Origin: Methylophaga frappieri
GTDB lineage: Bacteria; Pseudomonadota; Gammaproteobacteria; Nitrosococcales; Methylophagaceae
Assembly (NCBI RefSeq): GCF_000260965.1
Contig: NC_017856.1
Coordinates: 1,290,001-1,322,000, forward strand
Length of the DNA: 32,000 nucleotides
Reading direction: 5' to 3'
Shown: piece after piece, positions 27,173 through 32,000 of the stretch
How the letters are laid out: the number at the start of each line of letters is the position of its first letter
Position numbering within the stretch: position 1 is the stretch's first letter
Translations under genes and position numbers: made by a program
Notes under the pieces: generated by a model
Database searches by the model: none
Seen by the model: the letters and a program-made list of their open reading frames with translations, nothing else
Told to the model about the DNA's origin: nothing

Positions 27173-28920
27173 AAAAACAATCGCAAGAAGTCAGCGCTTT
27201 TCAGCTATATAAGCGCTTATTGTGTTACGCCAAGCCGTATTGGCGTTTTTTTATCGTTGTCGTTTTGGCAATGGTGGTCTATGCGGCAACCGAGGCAGGG
27301 ATTGCCATGATCATGAAACCGCTCATGGATGAAGGTTTTGTTGCACGTGATGCTGAAGTGATCCGTTTGATTCCCGTTGCGATTGTCGGACTGTTTATTA
27401 TTCGGGGTCTGGCTGATTTTTTCACTACCTACGGTCTGGGTTGGATAGCCCGCAATGTCATCAAAACGTTACGGGAAGAGAGTTTTGAAAAACTGCTGGT
27501 ATTACCCGCTCGCTTTTATGACCATGGTAATTCTGGTCAATTAATGTCGAAATTACTCTACGATGTGGAACAGGTCTCTTCCGCGGCAACGGATGCGGTA
27601 CTCACCATTATCCGCGATAGTCTCACCATCATTGTCCTCCTGGTTTGGATGATTTATCTCAGCGGCTTTTTAGCATTATTGATCATGTTTACCGTGCCTT
27701 TTATTGCCTTGCTGGTTTATTACGTCAGTATTCGCTTTCGCCATATTAGTAAACAAATCCAGAATTCAATGGGCAGCGTCAGCCATGTTTCTGGCGAAAT
27801 TATTGAAGGTCATCGAGAAATCAAAACGTTTGGCGGTCAGGAATATGAAGCGCGACGCTTTGAGAAAGTTAATGAGCGAAACCGCCAACAACAAATGAAA
27901 AAAATCGCGACCGATGCCATCAGTCAACCGCTAACTGCCCTGATTGCCGCGATTGGCATTGCCATCGTGGTGTACATCGCCACGCTGCCACGCATGCTGG
28001 AGCAGATTACGGTTGGTGATTTTATCTCTTTCATCACAGCGATGATGATGCTACTTACCCCGATGAAACGGTTGACCAAAGTGAATGCCAAACTGCAAGC
28101 GGGAATTGCCGCGGCTGAAAGCATTTTCGGTCTGCTTGACGAATCTCCCGAAGCTGACAACGGCCAGATTGCACTGGATCGGGCTCGCGGTGAGGTAAGC
28201 TATGAGCAAGTTAGTTTTCGTTATGATTCAGACAGTCCTGCGGTTTTGAATCAGGTCAGCTTTCAGGTTAAACCCGGTCAAACGATTGCTTTTGTCGGAC
28301 ATTCGGGCAGTGGCAAGACTTCCTTAGTCAGTTTGTTACCTCGCTTCTACAATGCGACCAGCGGCCGTATCTTGGTTGATGACATCGACATTCAAACATT
28401 ACGATTGCGTGATTTGAGACGCCAGATTTCTTTCGTTAATCAACAGGTTATCCTGTTTAATGATACGGTTGCCAACAACATCAGTTATGGTCAACCTAAT
28501 GTGACTGAAGCCGATATTATTGACGCAGCCAAAGCCGCGCATGCTTGGGACTTTATTCAACGCCTGCCCGATGGCCTACATACCGACGTTGGGGAAAATG
28601 GCGTCTTGCTGTCAGGGGGGCAACGGCAACGCCTTGCTATTGCCAGAGCACTGCTCCGAGATGCACCAATACTCATTCTTGACGAAGCGACAGCATCACT
28701 CGATACCGAAGCCGAACGTCACATTCAGGCGGCGCTCGAGGGACTAATGCAAACTCGCACCACGCTGGTTATTGCACATCGATTATCAACTATCGAAAAA
28801 GCCGATCTGATTTTGGTCATGCATAACGGTGATATTGTTGAGAGTGGGACTCATCAGGCATTACTGGAACGCGGTCAGCATTACGCCGAATTGTACCGAC
28901 TGCAATTTCAACAGGGCTGA
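27169..28920 (+). CDS. msbA: Lipid A export ABC transporter (flippase) MsbA
   Basis: 583 aa with a six-TM ABC exporter domain followed by an NBD (GHSGSGKTS, LSGGQRQRLAIARALL, ILILDEATSALD-like ILILDEATASLD). It precedes lpxK as in enterobacteria. Confidence 0.92.
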   Translation: MKKQSQEVSAFQLYKRLLCYAKPYWRFFIVVVLAMVVYAATEAGIAMIMKPLMDEGFVARDAEVIRLIPVAIVGLFIIRGLADFFTTYGLGWIARNVIKTLREESFEKLLVLPARFYDHGNSGQLMSKLLYDVEQVSSAATDAVLTIIRDSLTIIVLLVWMIYLSGFLALLIMFTVPFIALLVYYVSIRFRHISKQIQNSMGSVSHVSGEIIEGHREIKTFGGQEYEARRFEKVNERNRQQQMKKIATDAISQPLTALIAAIGIAIVVYIATLPRMLEQITVGDFISFITAMMMLLTPMKRLTKVNAKLQAGIAAAESIFGLLDESPEADNGQIALDRARGEVSYEQVSFRYDSDSPAVLNQVSFQVKPGQTIAFVGHSGSGKTSLVSLLPRFYNATSGRILVDDIDIQTLRLRDLRRQISFVNQQVILFNDTVANNISYGQPNVTEADIIDAAKAAHAWDFIQRLPDGLHTDVGENGVLLSGGQRQRLAIARALLRDAPILILDEATASLDTEAERHIQAALEGLMQTRTTLVIAHRLSTIEKADLILVMHNGDIVESGTHQALLERGQHYAELYRLQFQQG

Positions 28921-28923
28921 TCG

Positions 28924-29901
28924 ATGCAATGGTTAACTGACAGCTGGTATCAGCGCCGCTGGTGGACATGGTTGCTGTGGCCCTTGTCTGGGCTATTCAG
29001 ACTGGTGGTTGCCTTGCGTCGTTTTGCCTATCAGACCGGCTTGTTTAGGCGGGTTGCGTTACCGGTTCCGGTCATCGTTGTCGGCAATCTGACTGCCGGC
29101 GGCAGCGGCAAAACACCGCTGGTGTTATGGTTGGCGGAACAACTGCGTGAGCAGGGTTGGCAGCCTGGCATTATTAGCCGTGGCTATGGTGGAAAAAGTC
29201 CGCACTACCCGCTTGTTGTTACGGAAAATACCAATGCCGCTCATTGTGGGGATGAACCAAAATTGCTGGCAATGCGCGCAGGTTGTCCCGTCGTGGTCGG
29301 TCCAGATCGCGTCGCCGCAGGTCAACAACTGTTAGCAACCCAACCTTGTAATGTGTTGCTTTGTGATGATGGTTTGCAACATTATCGCCTGCATCGCGAT
29401 ATTGAAATTGCCGTTACCGATATGCATCGTGGATTTGGTAATGGCTTTTGTCTGCCAGCCGGTCCGCTTAGAGAACCAATATCGCGTCTAAAACAAGTGG
29501 ATTATCATGTAGAACATGGCGCGGCCAAGGCCTTATTTGCCATGCGATTACAACTAACTAAAGCCATTAATCTCCGCACAGGTCAACACAAGGCTTTATC
29601 CGCGTGGCAAGGCAAAAAAGTGCACGCCGTTGCCGGGATTGGCCATCCGCCACGTTTTTTTGAGCAATTGCAACAGTCGGGGCTCAATCTCATCGCCCAT
29701 GCTTTTGCGGATCATCACCGTTATGTTGTGGAGGATTTTCACTTTAATTCTGATCTGCCGGTGCTGATGACTGAAAAAGATGCGGTAAAATGTCGTTCTT
29801 TTGCGCAGGCAAACTGGTGGTATGTGCCGGCAGAGACCGAGTTATCGCCTACATTGTTAGCTGCTGTTATCACTCAATTAAAGGATGTCGCGAATGGATG
29901 A
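28924..29901 (+). CDS. lpxK: Tetraacyldisaccharide 4'-kinase LpxK
   Basis: P-loop VGNLTAGGSGKTP, ISRGYGG, GDEP and LCDDGLQH motifs. Confidence 0.92.
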   Translation: MQWLTDSWYQRRWWTWLLWPLSGLFRLVVALRRFAYQTGLFRRVALPVPVIVVGNLTAGGSGKTPLVLWLAEQLREQGWQPGIISRGYGGKSPHYPLVVTENTNAAHCGDEPKLLAMRAGCPVVVGPDRVAAGQQLLATQPCNVLLCDDGLQHYRLHRDIEIAVTDMHRGFGNGFCLPAGPLREPISRLKQVDYHVEHGAAKALFAMRLQLTKAINLRTGQHKALSAWQGKKVHAVAGIGHPPRFFEQLQQSGLNLIAHAFADHHRYVVEDFHFNSDLPVLMTEKDAVKCRSFAQANWWYVPAETELSPTLLAAVITQLKDVANG

Positions 29902-30070
29902 AACCTTGTTAGCCATGCTCGTTTGTCCCGTCTGTCATGGTCCGCTGACGTATCAAAAAGAAACCAATGAGCTTATTTCAACAACCAGCCAATTAGCCTA
30001 TCCGATACAGGATGGTATCCCGGTCTTGCTAGTCGATGCAGCGCGACCATTGTCGCAGGATGAAGATTAA
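29894..30070 (+). CDS. Trm112/YcaR (UPF0434) family small zinc-ribbon protein
   Basis: MDETLLAMLVCPVCHGPLTY...LAYPIQDGIPVLLVDAAR matches the YcaR pattern. ATG 29894 has AAGGA 8 nt upstream and overlaps the lpxK stop (ATGGATGA). The track start at 29885 is the alternative. Confidence 0.85.
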   Translation: MDETLLAMLVCPVCHGPLTYQKETNELISTTSQLAYPIQDGIPVLLVDAARPLSQDED

Positions 30071-30072
30071 GC

Positions 30073-30831
30073 ATGACTTTTCGCGTCGTCATTCCGGCAC
30101 GTTATGCTTCAACGCGACTGCCTGGCAAACCGCTCCGGGAAATCGCCGGCAAACCCATGATTCAACATGTTTATGAAAGGGCTCGGGAAAGTGACGCCTC
30201 GAGCGTTATTATTGCCACGGATGATCAACGTATTGCTGATGTGGTGAGTCAATTCGGTGGTGATATCTGTCTAACCCGGGCTAATCATCAGTCTGGGACA
30301 GATAGACTGGCAGAAGTGGTCAACCTACGGCAGTTTGACCCGGATGACATCATCGTCAATGTACAAGGGGATGAACCCTGTCTGCCAGCGGCGCTGATAA
30401 ATCAAGTTGCCCATGATCTTGCCGAACATCCTAAAGCAGCCATAACCTCATTATTCAGTCGACTCAGTTCAGCCGAACAGATTTTTGACAGTAACATTGT
30501 CAAAGTACTGGTGGATGCACAAGGCTATGCGCTGTATTTCAGTCGTGCGCCGGTACCTTGGCTGAGAGGCATCTTTGGCGAGGACAAGCCGTTACCTGCC
30601 GAGCTGCCCCATCGGCGCCACATTGGCCTCTATGCCTATCGGAGCAGTTATTTACAGCGCTATACCGATTTCAGTCCCTGCGATCTGGAACAGTTTGAGT
30701 CGCTTGAACAGCTGCGCGCTTTATACCATGGCAATGCCATCCATCTGACAGAAGCAACAGAGGCTGCCGGCCACGGCGTCGATACGGAATCCGATTTGTT
30801 GATCGCCGAGCAACTATTGCGGCAACAGTAA
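30073..30831 (+). CDS. kdsB: 3-deoxy-manno-octulosonate cytidylyltransferase (CMP-Kdo synthetase) KdsB
   Basis: VVIPARYASTRLPGKPL, ATDD, VNVQGDEP and HIGLYAYR motifs. Confidence 0.93.
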   Translation: MTFRVVIPARYASTRLPGKPLREIAGKPMIQHVYERARESDASSVIIATDDQRIADVVSQFGGDICLTRANHQSGTDRLAEVVNLRQFDPDDIIVNVQGDEPCLPAALINQVAHDLAEHPKAAITSLFSRLSSAEQIFDSNIVKVLVDAQGYALYFSRAPVPWLRGIFGEDKPLPAELPHRRHIGLYAYRSSYLQRYTDFSPCDLEQFESLEQLRALYHGNAIHLTEATEAAGHGVDTESDLLIAEQLLRQQ

Positions 30832-31092
30832 TCTCGCAAGGCCAGTGGCAATTAACTCCGGATGTAGCTCACCACGTCCATCAAACACCGGCAAAATGAA
30901 AGTTCTCGGTACAGGGCGATGCCCCTCGCCATACTGCGTTGGCTGAATACTGCTGTCTGTATCCAAGACCTGAAGCACTAGCTCACATCCATCCAATAAC
31001 TCTATCACTTCACACGGATGCTGATGGTAATGCACCTGCTGACCAATCAGGATCAGCAGGGCTTCATTGCTTAGGTTACTTTTCGCTGGCAT
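30814..31092 (-). CDS. Hypothetical protein (92 aa from ATG 31092), no family recognised
   Basis: The frame is open for 115 codons across the whole kdsB-rne convergent spacer. The first ATG not buried deep in rne is at 31092, 17 nt inside the rne 3' end. The translation is MPAKSNLSNEALLILIGQQVHYHQHPCEVIELLDGCELVLQVLDTDSSIQPTQYGEGHRPVPRTFILPVFDGRGELHPELIATGLARLLLPQ, which looks globular and is not low-complexity. I see no clear Shine-Dalgarno, and an 8-bp hairpin sits in its 5' part. Confidence 0.4.
   Translation of the reverse strand: MPAKSNLSNEALLILIGQQVHYHQHPCEVIELLDGCELVLQVLDTDSSIQPTQYGEGHRPVPRTFILPVFDGRGELHPELIATGLARLLLPQ
31035..31060 (-). other. 8-bp stem-loop just downstream of the rne stop codon
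   Basis: CCTGCTGA (31035-31042), a 10-nt loop, then TCAGCAGG (31053-31060). It lies 16-41 nt beyond the TAA at 31076-31078 on the minus strand. No U-tract follows. It may be a 3'-end stabilising or terminating structure, or just coding sequence of the small ORF. Confidence 0.3.
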
Positions 31093-32000
31093 CACTCTCG
31101 ACGGTAGCCTCCGCGACACGGGTTGCCGGTTTTTTATTTTCATTATCAACCGGCGTATCACTTTTGGCTAGCGTCTTTTTTTCCTCACTGCTGTCCGCAG
31201 CTAATGGTTTATCGGAGCGGCGCCGGCGATTGTTACTGCCGGACTGGCTGCTCCTGCTACGTCTTGGCGGCTTCGCCGGTTTGACCGAGTTACCATCTGC
31301 TTCTGCCGGGTTTTGGCTGGATTTCTTAACGTTGCCATTAATCTCGGGTTCCGGCGACGGCAGTGCATTGCCATCGACTTCCTGCTTGGCAGGAGGGAGT
31401 CGATTACCAGCGTCATCGGAGACAGGTGCCGCTATGTTGGAACCGCCCTCATTGTCCTGACGGCTGCTACGCCGACGACGTCCTCCCCGACGAGATCGAC
31501 GACTATTTCGAGTACGCTCTTTATCCTGGTCAGTTTCTGTAGGTTGAGAAGCGGTATCATTCACGTCGGTGACTTCATTGTTTTTGTCGACGCTATCTTT
31601 GTCACGGCGACTACGACGTTGACGTGATGGTTTTTCGTCCTGTTCCTTTGCCGTTGTCTCATTATTGTTACTTTCTGGCGATGACTTTTCCTGACGCTGC
31701 TGACGATTACCGCTGCCTCGGCGATTTTGATTACGGCCACCACGAGCACGACGATTAGTTTGGCTGCGTTTATCACCATTTGTTTCTTCGGTATCAGCAG
31801 ACTGTATAACAGCATTGTCTTTTTCAATCGCATCACTTTGACCAGTCAACACACCGAGCAAACGTTTCAGCAAACTTGGCGGACGCGGTGTGTCGGCCGG
31901 TTTTGAAATGATAGGTGCCGGTGCTGATGGCGCGACACCGGTTACCGCCGGTTGCTCCATCGCAGGTTTATCTTTTAATACGGCCGGCAACTCTGGTTCC
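31076..32000 (-). CDS. rne: Probable ribonuclease E, non-catalytic C-terminal scaffold region (5' end beyond the window)
   Basis: The frame stays open to the window edge (…EPELPAVLKDKP…). About 300 aa are low-complexity. An amphipathic segment SLLKRLLGVLTG resembles the RNase E membrane-targeting helix. At least four Arg-rich blocks (NRRARGGRNQNRRGSGNRQQRQ, RQRRSRRDKD, RRSRRGGRRRRSSRQ, PPRRSRSSQSGSNNRRRRSD) alternate with acidic stretches. rne lies near kdsB in Pseudomonas-type synteny. The catalytic domain is not visible, so a DEAD-box helicase tail cannot be fully excluded. Confidence 0.6.
   Translation of the reverse strand, partial: EPELPAVLKDKPAMEQPAVTGVAPSAPAPIISKPADTPRPPSLLKRLLGVLTGQSDAIEKDNAVIQSADTEETNGDKRSQTNRRARGGRNQNRRGSGNRQQRQEKSSPESNNNETTAKEQDEKPSRQRRSRRDKDSVDKNNEVTDVNDTASQPTETDQDKERTRNSRRSRRGGRRRRSSRQDNEGGSNIAAPVSDDAGNRLPPAKQEVDGNALPSPEPEINGNVKKSSQNPAEADGNSVKPAKPPRRSRSSQSGSNNRRRRSDKPLAADSSEEKKTLAKSDTPVDNENKKPATRVAEATVESDASEK

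Noticed and set aside
30939-31460. 173-aa plus-strand ORF opposite the RNase E tail.
   Set aside because: It is a low-complexity Leu/Ser/Ala protein produced by reading the complement of Arg/Glu/Ser-rich repetitive codons. This is a classic antisense artefact.
1-32000. Scan for mobile elements, CRISPR arrays, tRNA/rRNA genes, defence systems or a horizontally acquired island.
   Set aside because: I saw no direct-repeat/spacer arrays, no transposase/integrase/recombinase-like ORFs and no tRNA-sized structured intergenic regions (the largest spacers are 105-199 nt). Composition is uniform except for 13109-13236. Synteny blocks (rpiA/ilvA, lol-DUF2062-comEC-exbBD-lpxK-kdsB-rne, flhA..cheW) match conserved core arrangements.

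Overview
This window looks like ordinary core chromosome from a polarly flagellated gammaproteobacterium. The gene order resembles the Pseudomonas/Vibrio type, and the species was not identified. About 35 tightly packed genes are present, many with 4-8 nt start/stop overlaps. Block 1 (1-11.3 kb, + strand) is flhA (3' part)-flhF-flhG/fleN-fliA-cheY-cheZ-cheA-cheB-motA-motB, then cheW, an untracked 57-codon ORF and a DUF2802 gene. Block 2 (11.2-16.1 kb) is the tail of the flagellar locus. On the minus strand it holds a REC-GGDEF-EAL protein, a standalone FlhB-C-terminal-like protein and a FliK-like protein. A GYF_2-TM-pentapeptide-repeat protein is transcribed divergently from them. Block 3 (16.1-21.3 kb) is apaG-glk-pgl (minus), a SIMPL/DUF541 protein, ilvA (minus) and rpiA. 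Block 4 (21.3-32 kb) is a single Lol permease plus lolD, DUF2062 (minus), comEC, exbB-exbD-msbA-lpxK-trm112/ycaR-kdsB, a small unknown minus-strand ORF, and the Arg-rich C-terminal half of a probable RNase E running off the window end. I found no rRNA, tRNA, CRISPR array, IS element, integrase, phage or recognisable defence genes, and no compositional island apart from one 128-bp AT-rich spacer. Nothing here is a clear-cut novel system. The least understood parts, and the best candidates for undescribed biology, are: (i) the FliK-like/FlhB-CC-like pair with its neighbours (atypical REC-GGDEF-EAL, GYF-pentapeptide membrane protein, DUF2802, 57-codon ORF); (ii) an orphan ExbB-ExbD pair translationally coupled to msbA-lpxK-kdsB; (iii) a small ORF bridging the convergent rne and kdsB ends. 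All product calls rest on motifs read by eye from the supplied translations. No database search was run.
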